Assembly: GCA_963804955.1 (NCBI GenBank)
Contig: CAWDSQ010000008.1
Coordinates: 113,757-177,756, forward strand
Direction of reading: 5' to 3'
DNA: 64,000 nucleotides
Origin: an uncultured delta proteobacterium
Lineage (GTDB): Bacteria > Desulfobacterota > WTBG01 > CAIYCZ01 > CAIRTM01
A program made the translations under genes and the position numbers. This document shows, piece after piece, positions 33,882 to 46,483 of the stretch (the first letter of the stretch is position 1; the number at the start of each line of letters is the position of its first letter). The notes below the pieces were generated by a model that worked only from the letters and a program-made list of their open reading frames with translations, did no database searches and was not told the origin of the DNA.

Positions 33882-35634
33882 TTACTCCAGCACTGCCGAG
33901 CGCAGGCGGTCATAGGCTGTCATGAGCGACAGGGCCATGGTAGCGGGGCTTTCGATGCGGTACAGGGTGCCCCCGGCGGAGGAGGTTATGCGGCGCGCCA
34001 TATCATCGGCATAGTCCCGCCAGAGATGCCGCTCATCCATGAACTGGTAAAAGCTGAAAAGAATATGTTCCTGCCGCAGCAGGCGCGCCTGCTGCAAAGC
34101 CCGGTCGATATACTCCTGATTATTTTCCATGAACCGGTAAAACCCTGCCTGGTCGCCGCGAGCCGGCAGGCCGTCGCCCAAGAGTATCACTACGGGCACG
34201 CGGTCGGCATCTTTGCGCAGAATGTCGCGGCAGCTGGCAAGACAGCCGCCGATATCCTTGCCTGCGCCATTGACAGCGCGCAGACGCCCGACATCGGCAA
34301 AGGGAACAATGCGGGCGGACTCATGATAGGCGACAAAGCGCACCCGGTCGGCAGGATGGAAACGGCGGAGATAGTAGGCAAAAGCCATGCAAGCTCTGCG
34401 AACGCCCTGTATTCGTTTGCCGAACTGAACAGCGCCGGACACGTCGAGGGCCAGAACCACCGAACAGCCAACCCTGGCGCGCGTTGCATATTCCATAAGA
34501 TCATCCTCATCAAGCAGCGGCGCATACGGGCTTAAGGCGCGCCGCCGCAGGCTGCGGCGCAGCGTGTGCAGCACGGCGATGCGTGAGCTCAGGCGGCGTG
34601 CCGGCTGTACGCGGTCGGGCAGTACGGTCTGCACGCCCCGGCTGCCGCTTGCATGGGTGCCGCGCTGCAGGGGTCGCCTGCGGGGCATAAGCCGCTCAAG
34701 GGCAAGGTATGCCTTTTTTGCCAGCAGCCATGCCGCGGCGTCGCGGTTCACGAGATAGGTGTCTTCAAACAGCGGGCTCACCAGGGGCAGCTGCAGCAGC
34801 TGATCCACTGCCGCTGCAAGGTCCTGAGGGTTAAGGGTCTGTTCGGTATGCCGGGCTGCCTTGCGCTCGCAGCGGTGATGGTCGGCAAGAATCTGTTTGA
34901 CTGCTCCAAGCAGCCCGCTGAGCTGTTCACGGGGCCCCGCAGCTTCTACCTGCCGCAGATCACCGGGGTCGTCTTCCTGATGGTCGATGCCGTTGAAGAG
35001 CTCTTCATCAGGAGGCTGTGCAGCGCTTCGGGGGAAATTATCTCCGGGCTCAAAGAGTCCGTCGCGGGCCTCTGGAGCAAAACCGCCGGGGCTGCCATCC
35101 TGCCTGCTGCCGCCGGGTATGCCGTCATGCTCGGCAGCAATTTCATCGCCCTGTTCACCGCCGCTGCCGGTTTCCTGCCCCAGGCCCGCTGCCTTCTGCG
35201 CCGAGTTCCTTCTCCAGCCGGGAGACAAAACTTTCAAGCTCGTTTACTGTTGCGACCTGTTCTGCTTCGGCGGCAAGAGCGCTTGCAGCACCTGCTGCCG
35301 CAGCAAGCTGGCGGGCAGCATCGGCAAAGGCAGAGCTGCTGCCGGAGGCTGCGTCGCTTTCCCCTGAAGGCTCAGCCTGCCCGGTATCTGTTCCACTCTC
35401 TGACGGGCCGGACAGAGCTTTTTGAAGCTCCCTGGCTGCCTGCTCCTCAAGCTGCCGGCCTGCCTGCGGTGAGGGCAGCCCTTTCAGCGCCTCCTGCACA
35501 GCCTGTTCGAGCTCATCCCGCGAGATTTCCTGCCGGTCCTGCATGTCCCGGGCAAGGGAAAAAAGCTCGCTGTTTGACATGGGCCGCGGCTTTTCCCGCC
35601 AGCACCATGCCTGCAGATCAGCCCCTGCAGTCAC
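33882..35634 (-). CDS. VWA-domain protein with low-complexity linker (frameshifted; start uncertain)
   Basis: C-terminal LALDVSG, LLGDGLP VWA motifs; TLRRSLRR segment; overlaps the ATPase stop. Confidence 0.65.
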
Positions 35635-37001
35635 AGCCTGCGCTCCCTTTTTCATATGCCGCCAGATATTCAGCCATAATTGCGGCAAAGCCGGTCCGGC
35701 CGGCAGGCTCATGCGCCCGGCACCAGGCTGCAAAAGCATCAACTGCAGCAGATTCGGGCAGGCTGCGCAGACCTGCCGCGCACCAGACTGCACCAGGCCC
35801 GTGAGTCTGGCGAAAAATAGTCACGATTTCAGCAAGGTCGATGCCGGCCAGATGGCGCTTGAGGTAGGCGCCGATATCGGGAAAGACGCCGTCGATGCGG
35901 CTCTCCACATCCGCCTTGTCTTCAAAAAATGCCTTGCCGAGAATCGCGGTATAGATGCCTTCTTTTGTGTCGCAAAAAGATGCCACCCGCCGGCCTTCGA
36001 GCATGGCCGAACTGCGGGCTATGAGAGCGGCATTGATGCTTGCCCTGGGCCCGAGCTCCAGGCGATCATCAGCGCGCAAGGCGCGCACGGTCTCCACCAT
36101 CAGGCGCAAAAACAGCTGCGGGATATAGACCTGCGGCTTGAGCTTTGCCGCCTCCTTGGCCGCAATGCGCATTTCGTCCTCAAGCCCGACAAGGGGGATG
36201 CTGATGCTTACCAGACGGTCGCGCACAGCGCCGCACAGGTATTCTTCATCGCGAGGGTTGGTGGTTGCCACCAGCAGAAAATCGACCGGAAAAGTCCGCC
36301 TGCTTTTTGACGGCGTGACAATACCTTCCTGCCCGGCCTGAAGAAGGGCATGCTGCGCCGTCTCCGGCAGCTTGCCGATTTCGTCAACAAACAGGAGCCC
36401 CCGGTTGGCCTGGCCGATTTTGCCCGGCTCGAACACGCGGGGATCGAAGGGGTCGCCGATCTGGGCGAGCTTTAAGAGGTTGTAGGTCCCGACAATTTCC
36501 TCCGGCAGCACATCGCCGCCGCCCTGCACGCGGGCAAAGCCCCTGCCCTCCTCAAGCCGGCTGAGTCGCGCCAGGGCTATCTGCGAACAATCATCCGGTG
36601 CAGTATCAAGCATATGTGCTGCAGATCGGGCAGGGCGCGGTCTGGCAACCGGTTTTTTTACCCGCCCTGTGCGCTGCGAGTATGGCCGGGTCTTCCTGTA
36701 TGGGGCAGCGCTCAACGGCAAAAAGCGGCGATGCTGCGCAGGCTTCGTTGAGCAGGGTAAGCACATGCTTGGCCAGATCCGTTTTGGCCACACCGTACCG
36801 GCCCGTGAGGATAACGCCCCTGCCTGTGGCCAGCACTTCAACAATGCGCCGTTTTTCAAAGGACAGGCCGAAGATGTCGGGAAACAGGTCATGACCGGCG
36901 CGCAGCTTGCGGCGCACCACAGCTGCAAGCAGGTCGCGCACCGGCACGAAGCGGTGCTCTGCAGCTGAAAACTGCTCAAGGGTTGCAGGGTGTTTTTCCA
37001 T
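35618..37001 (-). CDS. AAA+ ATPase, Mg-chelatase ChlI/MoxR-like (frameshift ~36610)
   Basis: Walker A-like GRYGVAKT, CPIQEDP, ANRGLLFVDEI, ATTNP, RDRL, R finger. Confidence 0.75.
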
Positions 37002-37250
37002 GGGCTTCCTTTCATGCAGGCAATGGGCAACAGTACTCTTTCTTATATAGCCATCTGCCTGCACGGCGTCAACCGGCCCGGCTGTATTCTTTATCTGTGT
37101 ACCGGCAAGAAGGCCCCCTTATAATGATTCTTTTTTTGTGCTATCTTTTAAAAGCTTTCAGGAAAAAGCAGCTTCCGGCAAAACAGCAGCCCCGGTTCGC
37201 AATTTTTGAGCAAGATCGTATAATCATGTATGACGCAATAAGGAGGGAGT

Positions 37251-37699
37251 ATGAAAAAAGTTCTGATTGCCTATATCAGCCGGGCAGGCCATACGAAGCA
37301 GATGGCCGACTATATCGCAGAAGGCGTGCGCATGACAGGGTGTGAAGCCGAGCTGAAAACAGCCGCCGCAATTAAAACAGAGAAGGATCTTGCCGGGTAC
37401 GACGGCTGTATTTTCGGCTCGCCCGACCTATCACCGCACCATGCCGCCTATCATGGAGTCATTTCTCTTTATCGCTCAGCTGGCCGGGCTTGCGGGCAAG
37501 CCCGGGGGCGCATTCGGACTCATACACGCACAGCGGTGATGCACCGCTGCATATTTTCGACACCATGGATCATGTGTTTAAAATGGCCATGACCAGCCTT
37601 GGGCCGTTCAAGCTGCTGGAGCATCTTGTTGATACGCCGGATGGCATGCGGGCCTGCCAGAGCTACGGCAGGGCCGTGGCGCAGATGCTGGCTGATTAA
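37251..37699 (+). CDS. flavodoxin-family protein (frameshifted)
   Basis: AYISRAGHTKQMA.YIAEG, FGSP(TYH), SYTHSGDAP; aaggaggg RBS. Confidence 0.8.
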
Positions 37700-37704
37700 G
37701 CGTT

Positions 37705-37876
37705 CTGAACGGAAAGTCGTTTTATTGCAGGTTGGGTTAAGCCCGCAAAAAACAGTTGGGTTTCGTACCTCAACCGAACCAAAACTGCCGAAAGGTTGAG
37801 TCCGTTCGTGGTGAGCTAGTCGAACCATGAACGGGCAAAAATCTCCGCAACCTTCGACAGCCTCAGGGTGAACGGA
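37705..37876. repeat. REP/MITE-like palindromic intergenic repeat cluster
   Basis: gcaggttgggttaagcccg..gggtttcgtacctcaacc and ccgttcgtggt..accatgaacgg hairpins; homologous to the reverse complement of 58600-58680. Confidence 0.6.
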
Positions 37877-37973
37877 TAGGGCTTTCATTTTCGAAAAAAT
37901 TTTTATTTTTTTATAAAGACAACAGCTGGAAAAATGTTCTAAACCACACGTCGGTTCACGGAAAGAAAAAAGC

Positions 37974-38659
37974 ATGAAAAAATTTTTCAGCCATACCATG
38001 GTCCTCACGGTGCTGTGCGCCGCCGCCTGCAGCAGCGCACAGGCCGCCGCGCAGACAGTGCAGATAAGCCGGCTCGCTGTGATGCCGTTTGCTGAAGGTC
38101 TGCCTTCACCTGCAAGCGCACAAGGCATGAGCCTGCTTGACTGCCAAGAAGCGGAGTTGACAGCACAGGGGCAGGCAGCGAGCCCTTCATGCCGCAGGCG
38201 GTTGTGACGGGCTGCCTGCAGCAGGCCCTTGAAAAAGAGCTGCCCGGCCGCGTGGTGCCGCAGAATGAGACTGCAGGGGCTGAAGAGCTGCTTGCGTATA
38301 TGAAAAAAACCGCAACGCTCAAGGCCCATGCCCTCAAGCTTGGCGCACAGGTGCAGGCAAGCCATGTCTTGCCGGCACGGTGCAGCGGTACCGGCAGCGC
38401 AAAGGCACGGCCTACGGCGCAGACATGCCCGCATCGGTGGCATTTTCGGTGTATCTGCTGGATGTTGCAGCCGGAGAGATTGTCTGGAGCGCGTGCATTT
38501 GATAAAACCCAGCAGTCGCTTTCGGAAAACCTGCTTGATGCGCCGGCATTTTTCAAACACGGGGCCAAATGGCTCACCGCAGAAGAGCTGACACGCGGCG
38601 GGGCGGAAACGATGGCAGAAAAGCTGAAAGGCGCCTTAACCGGCGCAGGCGGGAAATAA
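37974..38659 (+). CDS. putative lipoprotein (frameshifted)
   Basis: signal peptide with LCAAAC lipobox-like motif; C-terminus FDKTQQSLSENL..KWLTAEEL. Confidence 0.6.
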
Positions 38660-38695
38660 GGTCTGCCGGGCCTGCACACCATCAGTATAAAAAAC

Positions 38696-38725
38696 AAAGG
38701 CCGCACAAATGTTTGTGCGGCCTTT
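38696..38725. terminator. bidirectional intrinsic terminator
   Basis: aaaggccgcacaa-atgt-ttgtgcggccttt between convergent genes, with A/T tails. Confidence 0.75.
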
Positions 38726-38758
38726 ACTTTTCTGTATTTATGAGCGATTGCGCGAAGG

Positions 38759-40158
38759 TTACCAGCCAAGTCTGCAGAAATTTGTCTATCGAGTCTGCGG
38801 CAAGGCGGCCCGCGCCCATGGCAAGAATAACGGTGGCAGCGCCCGTGACGATATCGCCGCCGGCCCATACCCGGGGCTTCAGGGTTTTGCCTGTTTCAGG
38901 ATCGGCTATAATATAGCCCCACTTATTGGTCTTAAGGCCCGGCGTGGTGCTGGTGATGAGCGGATTGGCATTTGCGCCCACGGCGATGACCACCATATCC
39001 GTATCGATTATAAAGTTTGAATCCTTGACCGGAACCGGGCGCCTGCGGCCTGAATCATCAGGCTCGCCAAGCTCCATGCGCAGGCATTCAATGGCCTTTA
39101 CCCTGCCTTTTTCATCGCCAATGAAACGCACGGGCGCGGTCAGCAGATGCAGCTCGATGCCCTCCTCTTCGCCGTGATGGATTTCCTCGGCCCGGGCCGG
39201 CATTTCCTCGCGCGAGCGGCGGTACACGATGCGCACCGTGTCTGCCCCGAGGCGCATGGCTGTGCGGGCCGCGTCCATGGCGACATTGCCCGCTCCCAGC
39301 ACGACCACATTTTTGCCGCGCACGATGGGCGTGTCATACTGCGGGAACAGATAGGCTTTCATAAGGTTTGAGCGGGTCAGGTATTCGTTTGCCGAATAAA
39401 TGCCGATGAGGTTTTCGCCGGGCACATTGAGAAAGCTCGGCAGCCCCGCGCCCACGGCGAGAAAGACCGCGTCATGCAGCTCCAGCAGCTCATCAACGGT
39501 TTCGGTTCTGCCGATGACGGCGTTCACCTCGAATTTCACCCCGAGCTGCGCAAGGTAATCGACTTCGGCCTGCACAATGGCCTTCGGCAGGCGGAATTCG
39601 GGGATGCCGTACACCAGCACGCCGCCTGCCTTGTGAAAGGCCTCATACACCGTCACGTCATGGCCCTTGAGAATCAGGTCGCCGGCAACGGTAAGCCCTG
39701 CAGGACCTGCGCCTACAACACCCACGCTCTTGCCGGTCTTGGGCGGCAGCTGCGGCAAGTGCTGACTCGCCTTGAGCGCGGCCCCAGTCAGCGGCAAAGC
39801 GCTCAAGGCGGCCGACGGCCACGGCCTCACCGGTTTTGGCAAGCACGCAGCGCTCTTCGCACTGGGTTTCCTGCGGGCAGACGCGGCCGCACACGGCAGG
39901 CAGGGCGGTTTTTTCTTTGAGCTTTGCAATGGCGGCGGCAAAATCGCCGTCGCGCAGGGGGCGGATAAAGCCCGGTATATCGATTCCAACAGGGCAGCCC
40001 GCGACGCAGGCAGGATTTTTGCACTGTATGCAGCGGCTTGCTTCGAGCATGGCTGTGTCGGCAGCATAGCCCAGGGGCACTTCTTCAAAATTGCGGCGCC
40101 GCTTTTCAGGGGCCTGTTCGGGCATGGGCTGACGGGGAACTTTTTTCTTGTCTGTCAT
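38759..40158 (-). CDS. nfnB: NfnB/SudA-type NADPH-dependent glutamate synthase small-subunit homologue (frameshifts)
   Basis: RCIQCKNPACVAGCPV, CGRVCPQETQCE, GAGPAG, YGIPEFRLPK, GAGNVAMD, GGDIVTGAATVILAM. Confidence 0.88.
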
Positions 40159-40167
40159 GTGAACACC

Positions 40168-41020
40168 TCACCTATCCTGTCCAAGTTTACAGCTGTGGCT
40201 GCTTTCATCCATTGCCCGGGCTTCTTGCTTCCTTGTAGGCGGAAAGCCGCTGCATGAGCCCGTCAAAATCGACCTGATGGCCGTCGAATTCGGGGCCATC
40301 GACGCAGGTGAACTGGTTTTTGCCGCCGACCGAGACGCGGCAGCCGCCGCACATGCCCGTACCGTCGATCATGATGGAGTTGAGGCTCACCAGCGTTTGA
40401 ATGCCATGGGGGCGGGTCATGTTCGCGATTGCCTTCATCATGGGCACGGGGCCTGCTGCCACGACCGTTGAAATTTTCTGGCCGCTGTCGATAAACTCTT
40501 TAAGAATATCTGACACAAAACCATGATGGCCGCAGGAGCCGTCGTCGGTGCAGACCTTGAGCTGGCTTGAGGCGGCAGTCATTTTATCTTCCATAATGAG
40601 CAGGTCTTTGGTGCGGGCGCCGATGATGGCAATGACCTGGTTGCCCGCATTTTTAAAGCCCTTGGTAATGGGATGCACAACGGCCGTGCCCGTGCCGCCG
40701 CCGATGCAGATGACAAGGCCCTCCTGCTTTTCGACATGGGTTGGCTGCCCGAGGGGGCCGAGCACATCGGTAAATCCCTGCCCGACCTGCAGGGTTTTGA
40801 AAAGGGCGGTTGATTTGCCCACGACCTGGTAAATGATGGTTATGGTTCCCTGCGCGGGATCAGTATCGGCCATGGTGAGCGGTATGCGCTCGCCGGTCTC
40901 ATTTGCCCGCAGTATGACAAACTGGCCGGGCCGTGCTTTTGCCGCAATTTTGGGCGCGCGGATCACGTTCATGACCACGGTGCCCTGTGCCATTTCCGAG
41001 CGTTCAAGAATTTCAAACAT
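40168..41020 (-). CDS. nfnA: NfnA/SudB-type FAD/[2Fe-2S] ferredoxin-NADP+ reductase subunit
   Basis: PGQFVILR..GERIPLT, GPLG, GGGTG, DGTGMCGGCRV, CVDGPEFD; directly upstream of nfnB. Confidence 0.88.
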
Positions 41021-41095
41021 GCAAACCTCCGTCTTTTTAGAATATTTTACAGCGCTATAAGCAAACAGCAATTATTGCTCAATTTAAAATATTTA

Positions 41096-42563
41096 TTATG
41101 AATGAACTCCGGGGAAAGTCAATACAGCACTCACGAGACACGGTGACAGGTTTTGGATGAATTGTGAACCGAAAGTGGCAATCACTGTTTCCGTGACCGT
41201 TCGTATTGCATCAAAAACAACGCTGCAGAGCGTGTCGATTTCTTTTTCTCTGATCGCAAGCGGCGGCATGAGCACGATAACATCGCCAAGGGGGCGTATG
41301 ATGACGCCGTGTTTTCGCGCCTCCAGTATCACCCGGTGCCCGATGCGCTCCTGCGCGGTGTAGGGCTTTTTTGTTTTTCTGTCGGCCACAAGCTCTATGC
41401 CGACCATGAAACCGCACTGCCGCACCTGCCCGACATGCTTAAATGCTTTCAGTTCCTCAAGCCGGGCCAGAGCTGCCTGATCTTGGGCTGCAGGCGCGGC
41501 AGGACTTTTTCTTTCCGGAAAATATCGATATTTGCGCATGCCGCGGCACAGGCAACCGGGTTGCCCGTATAGGTGTGGCCGTGATAAAATGTTTTGCATT
41601 CATGCACTTCTCCCAGAAAAGCGCTGTAGACTTCATCTGTTGCAAGGGTTGCGGCAAGGGGCAGCGTGCCGCCGGTAATGCCCTTGGCAATGGCCATGAT
41701 GTCGGGCCGTACATTTTCATGTTCGCAGGCAAACATGCGGCCTGTTCTGCCGAATCCCGTTGCGACCTCATCGGCAATACACAGCACATTGTAGCGCGAG
41801 CAGAGCTCGCGTGCCCCCGAGCAGTAGCCTTTCGGGAACACGATCATGCCAGCGGCGCCCTGCACCATGGGCTCCATGATAAAAGCTGCTGTTTCACCGT
41901 GACGGGCGCGGAGAATGTCCTCAAGGGCATTCAGGCAGTGCAGCCCGCATGACGATTGCGTCTTATTGTACGGGCAGCGGTAGCAGTAGGGAGACGCCGC
42001 TTTGAAAGTCTTAAAAAGCAGGGGCCGGTAGATTTCATGGAACAGATCGATGCCCCCGACGCTTACCGCGCCGATAGTGTCGCCGTGATAGGCATTGGCG
42101 AGCGATACGAACTTTTTCTTTTTCTTCGTCGCCCGCGATATCTGCTGCCAGTACTGATAGGCAATCTTGAGAGCTATTTCAACGGCCGTGGAGCCGCTGT
42201 CGGAATAAAATACTTTTGTGAGCCCTTCCGGGGCAATGGCGACGAGCTTTTCTGCAAGCTCGATGGCCGGCACATTGGAAAGCCCCAGCAGCGTGCTGTG
42301 GCAGATTTTGCCGACCTGGGCTGATGATGGCGTCATCGATCTGTTTTTTCCGGTGGCCATGAACAGTGACCCACAGCGATGAAACTCCATCGATGTATGT
42401 AGTTGCCGTCAATATCATAGAGATAGGAGCCCTTGCCGCGTTCTATGATGAGCGGCTCGCTGCGGCTGTAGTCCTGCATCTGGGTGAAGGGATGCCACAG
42501 CCATGTCGTGTCAAGGTGCTTGAGGCGTGTAAGCGCCTGTTTGTTGCGACGGGGCTTTTCCAT
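41096..42563 (-). CDS. bioA: adenosylmethionine--8-amino-7-oxononanoate aminotransferase (frameshifts; true stop uncertain)
   Basis: LWHPFTQM, SDSGSTAVEIALK, YHGDT.GA.SVG, DEVATGFGRTG, AKGITGG, HGHTYTGNP, RPLGD. Confidence 0.92.
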
Positions 42564-42660
42564 GCTTGTTATCCGGCTGCAAGGTTGGTATAATAATTTA
42601 TTAAACAGCGCAGCATGCTAATGCAGAAAACAGCTCTTGTCAACGCACAGATGGAACTCT

Positions 42661-43255
42661 ATGGACGATCAGCAACAGACCACAGCATTTGAATTCGAGC
42701 CGGAGCATTTTTTTGATACATTTATCGGGGTTGCACGGCAGCTGATTGTGCAGCCACGTGAGTTTTTCAGGCAGCTGCCCGGCGCAAAATCCCTGAGAAA
42801 CCCCGTTGGCTTTTCTGATGGTCTGCTCTTTCCTGACGGCACTGTTCGTGGCAAACGCGCGAGGCGGCGGGATTCAGCTTTTTATACTGCTGTGCTGCGC
42901 CAATGTTTTCTCGACGATACTCGGGAGCATGGTGATGCACATCCTGGCAAAGAGGCTGTACCGGTCGCAGGCGCCGTTCGGATCAACGCTGCGGGTTCTG
43001 GCCTATGCAAGCCTCATGGACACGGTTTCCTGGATTCCGCTTCTCGGTCCTCTTGCCTATTTCTACGGCCTCTACCTCATTTTTCTGGGGATTCAGGAGC
43101 AGCACCGGCTCACGCCCCGGCAGGCAGCGCTGACCGTCGCGATCATTGTCTGCATCGTGACGGCGCTGGCCATGGCCATCATGCTGGCATCGCCGGGAAG
43201 CTTTTCGCAGGCTTTGCAGATGCTTGACCCGCAGCAGGCGGAAAACAGCCTGTAG
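42661..43255 (+). CDS. YIP1-family membrane protein (frameshift ~42810)
   Basis: QPREFFRQLP, TLRVLAYAS, WIPLLG, YGLYL..LGI; five TM segments. Confidence 0.7.
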
Positions 43256-43260
43256 CCGGC

Positions 43261-44257
43261 CTAGTCGCTGTCATTGTCAGCGCCGACTTCAGCTCTCTTC
43301 ACAAGCCCTCCGAAGGACAGCTTTTGAAAAGGCAGCAATAGCAGCCCGATCAGAATAGCGGGCGACATCTGCAGGAAGTGCAGGGCCACGGCATAGGATA
43401 AAGCCTCTGATTTTGCTATGCCGAACGAGGTCAGCCCCAGAACGCAGGCATAATGATAGGTGCCGATAAATCCCGGCGCCGCCGGAATCATGACGCCAAG
43501 GGCAATAATGGCAAGAATGGCAAAAGCGTTAAAGATTGAAAGGTTCATGCCGAAAGCATAAAACAATACATAGTTGGAGACCCCGACCAGCAGCCAGTTC
43601 ACCAATGACAGCAGCAGGACCCAGAGCGTTTTTTTTACATCAGGCAGCAGCTGCAGCCCTTCCAGAAAGGAGTCCGCAAGATGGGCTGCGGGCTTGCCGA
43701 TCCGGTCAGGCAGGAACCCCAGGACTTTGCCGATTATCTGAGCGGAAAAATCCCGTTTGGTGCCGAGTATAATAAGCACGGTCAGACCGGTAAGAGAGAT
43801 CGTCAGCATGATGATGCCGGCTTTAAAAATCTCGGGCGGTAGCGAAATTTTGACAAGCACGACAAATAAAAAAATCATGAGGGTCAGCAGGTCAAAAACC
43901 CGCTCAAGCACCACGGTTGCCATGGTGGCCGACATCCGCACACCGCTTTGCTGCTTCACAAGATACGGCCGGACGAATTCCCCCAGCCTGGCCGGCAGAA
44001 CCCCTATGGCCATAAAACCGATAGAAGAGAGCTTGAAAAGCGTCCACTGGTCATAGGATACCAGCCTGTTCGAGCATGACCCCCCACCGGTATGACCGCA
44101 GATACAGGCTGGCAAGACTCGTCAAAACCACGGGAATAACATACCCGTACTGCATAGCGCTGAAGCTTGCCGCCACTTCGGAAAAATTGATGCCGCGCAG
44201 CACAAAGTAGATGCAGATGCAGCTGACGGCAATTCCCGCGAGGATATTTTTTTTCAT
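43261..44257 (-). CDS. lysylphosphatidylglycerol synthase-like TM / flippase domain protein (frameshift ~44065)
   Basis: LRSYRW, LPARLGEFVR, ERVFD, IPAAPGFIGTY. Confidence 0.82.
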
Positions 44258-44554
44258 AGCCCTCACCAGACAGCGCTTTTTTAATCAAGACCAGAACCGA
44301 CATGCCGATACTATAAAAACACGACGGTTGTATAAACAATCCCCGTACGCAGTGCTCAAAAGAGCCTACGCTACGGTAATTTTGTCAAAATAGCACACTA
44401 TCAATACAATATCTTTGTGATTTTTTGCAAACAAAAAACTTTACAAGTCGCTTGAAATCAATAAATAATATGAAAAAAACTTTTATTCTGTGCTGCAAAA
44501 TTTTTTGGCCTTTATGTCCGGAAGTCACAACCTGTTTTGCAAGGATTTCAGTAT

Positions 44555-46256
44555 ATGGCTGAAAAAATCGGCGGTTTGCTTTTAAAAAAGGGGGCCATTA
44601 CCCCTGAGCAGCTTGATGCCGCGCTGGCTTTTCAAAAAGAAAAAAATGTAAGGCTCGGCGTGGCATTGACACGCTTGAATCTTGTTAAAGAAAGCGTGCT
44701 GCTGCAGACCTTAAGCGAACAGCATGGCGTGCCGGCCATGAAGCTTTCGGAGTTTTCCATAGACCCGGATGTCATAAAAATCATTCCTCCGGAAGTCGCT
44801 GAAAAATATATGGTCCTGCCGATTTCGCTTAAAAATGCGACGTTGATCGTAGCAATGACCGACCCGTCAAACATTTTCGCCCTTGACGATCTGAAATTTC
44901 TCACCGGCTACCGGGTAGAGCCATTTGTTGCTGCCGATGAAGCGATTATGACCTCCATCGACCACTATTATCAGACAGCCACCTCGGCAGACAGTCTTTT
45001 GAGTAATTTTGAAGACACTGATGTTGAGAGTGTTGATCTATCAGATAATTTTGATCTCAATGAGCTTGCCCAGGAAAGCGAGGACGCGCCGATCATAAAA
45101 CTGGTCAACGCGGTTCTTTCGGAGGCTGTTGAGCGGGGGGCCAGCGATATTCATATTGAATCCTATGAAAAAAGCTTCCGGATCAGATACCGCGTCGACG
45201 GCACGCTTTCGGAAGTCATGAAGCCGCCCATGAAAATGCGCAATGCCATCGTGTCGCGCATCAAAATCATGTCAAAGCTGGACATTGCCGAGCGGCGGAT
45301 GCCGCAGGACGGGCGCATCAAATTAAAAATGGGCAAAAACCGCGAAATGGATTACCGCGTGTCGGTGCTGCCCACGCTGTTCGGGGAAAAGGTGGTCATG
45401 CGGCTGCTGGACAAATCAAATCTCCAGCTCGACATGACCAAGCTCGGATTCGATGAGCAGCAAATAGTTGATTTCAAGGAGGGCATTTACAAACCCTACG
45501 GCATGGTGCTCGTGACGGGGCCAACCGGCAGCGGCAAAACCACAACGCTCTACTCAGCCCTTTCAGAGCTGAACAAGGTGACGGAAAACATTTCAACGGC
45601 CGAAGACCCGGTCGAGTTCAACCTTGAAGGCATCAACCAGGTCCAGATTCATGAAGATATCGGCCTTAATTTCGCCTCCGCTCTGCGCTCATTTCTCCGG
45701 CAGGACCCCGATATCATCCTGGTTGGCGAAATCCGGGATTTTGAAACAGCTGAAATCGGCATTAAGGCCGCTTTGACGGGCCATATGGTGCTGAGCACGC
45801 TGCATACCAATGATGCTCCAAGCACGATCAACCGCCTGCTCAATATGGGCATTGAGCCATTTCTGGTATCATCGGCCGTCAATCTCATCGTTGCCCAGCG
45901 CCTTGCGCGCAAGATATGCCCCGACTGCAGGGAGCCCAGAAGCCAGGATTACAGAAGAAATGCTGGCAAAGCTGGGCCCGGTGCCCGAGGGCTTTCATGA
46001 TGCCGTTATGTATAAAGGCAGGGGCTGCGACACCTGCAAGGGCTCGGGCCACAAGGGCCGCATCGCGCTGTATGAAGTAATGACCATGTCAGAGCCGCTC
46101 AAAGAGCTCGTGCTGCAGGGTGCATCTTCCATTGAAATCAAGCGGGAGGCCATAAATCTGGGCATGAAAACTTTGCGCCAGAGCGGCATTCAGAAAATGA
46201 TTCAGGGCGTTACCACCCTTGAAGAGGTGCTCAGATCGTCGGTGCGCGATGACTGA
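44555..46256 (+). CDS. pilB: type IV-A pilus assembly ATPase (frameshift ~45935)
   Basis: MshEN-like N-terminus, GASDIHIE, DIAERRMPQDGR, GPTGSGKT, LRQDPD, TLHTNDA, Zn motif CPDC..CDTC. Confidence 0.95.
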
Positions 46257-46483
46257 AAACTTATCAGCGCTACTGATCAATAGCTTAAACGAAATGGTGC
46301 TTGAAATCCGATCGAATGAAGGCTGGCATAAACACTCTGTCGTATTTCGGATGCAGCAGGAAATGCGAGCCCCAGCCAAAGATTTCTCCCTTCGATTGAG
46401 ATAGCAGAATAAACAAATGATCTCTAGTGATAAATAAATATCCTAGAGTAAATCTCACGATTTCTATACAGGAGATATGACCA

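Noticed and set aside
34653..38868. Long alternative-frame ORFs (34653..35804, 37520..38560, 38005..38868)
   Set aside because: They are antisense shadows of better-supported genes in GC-rich DNA.
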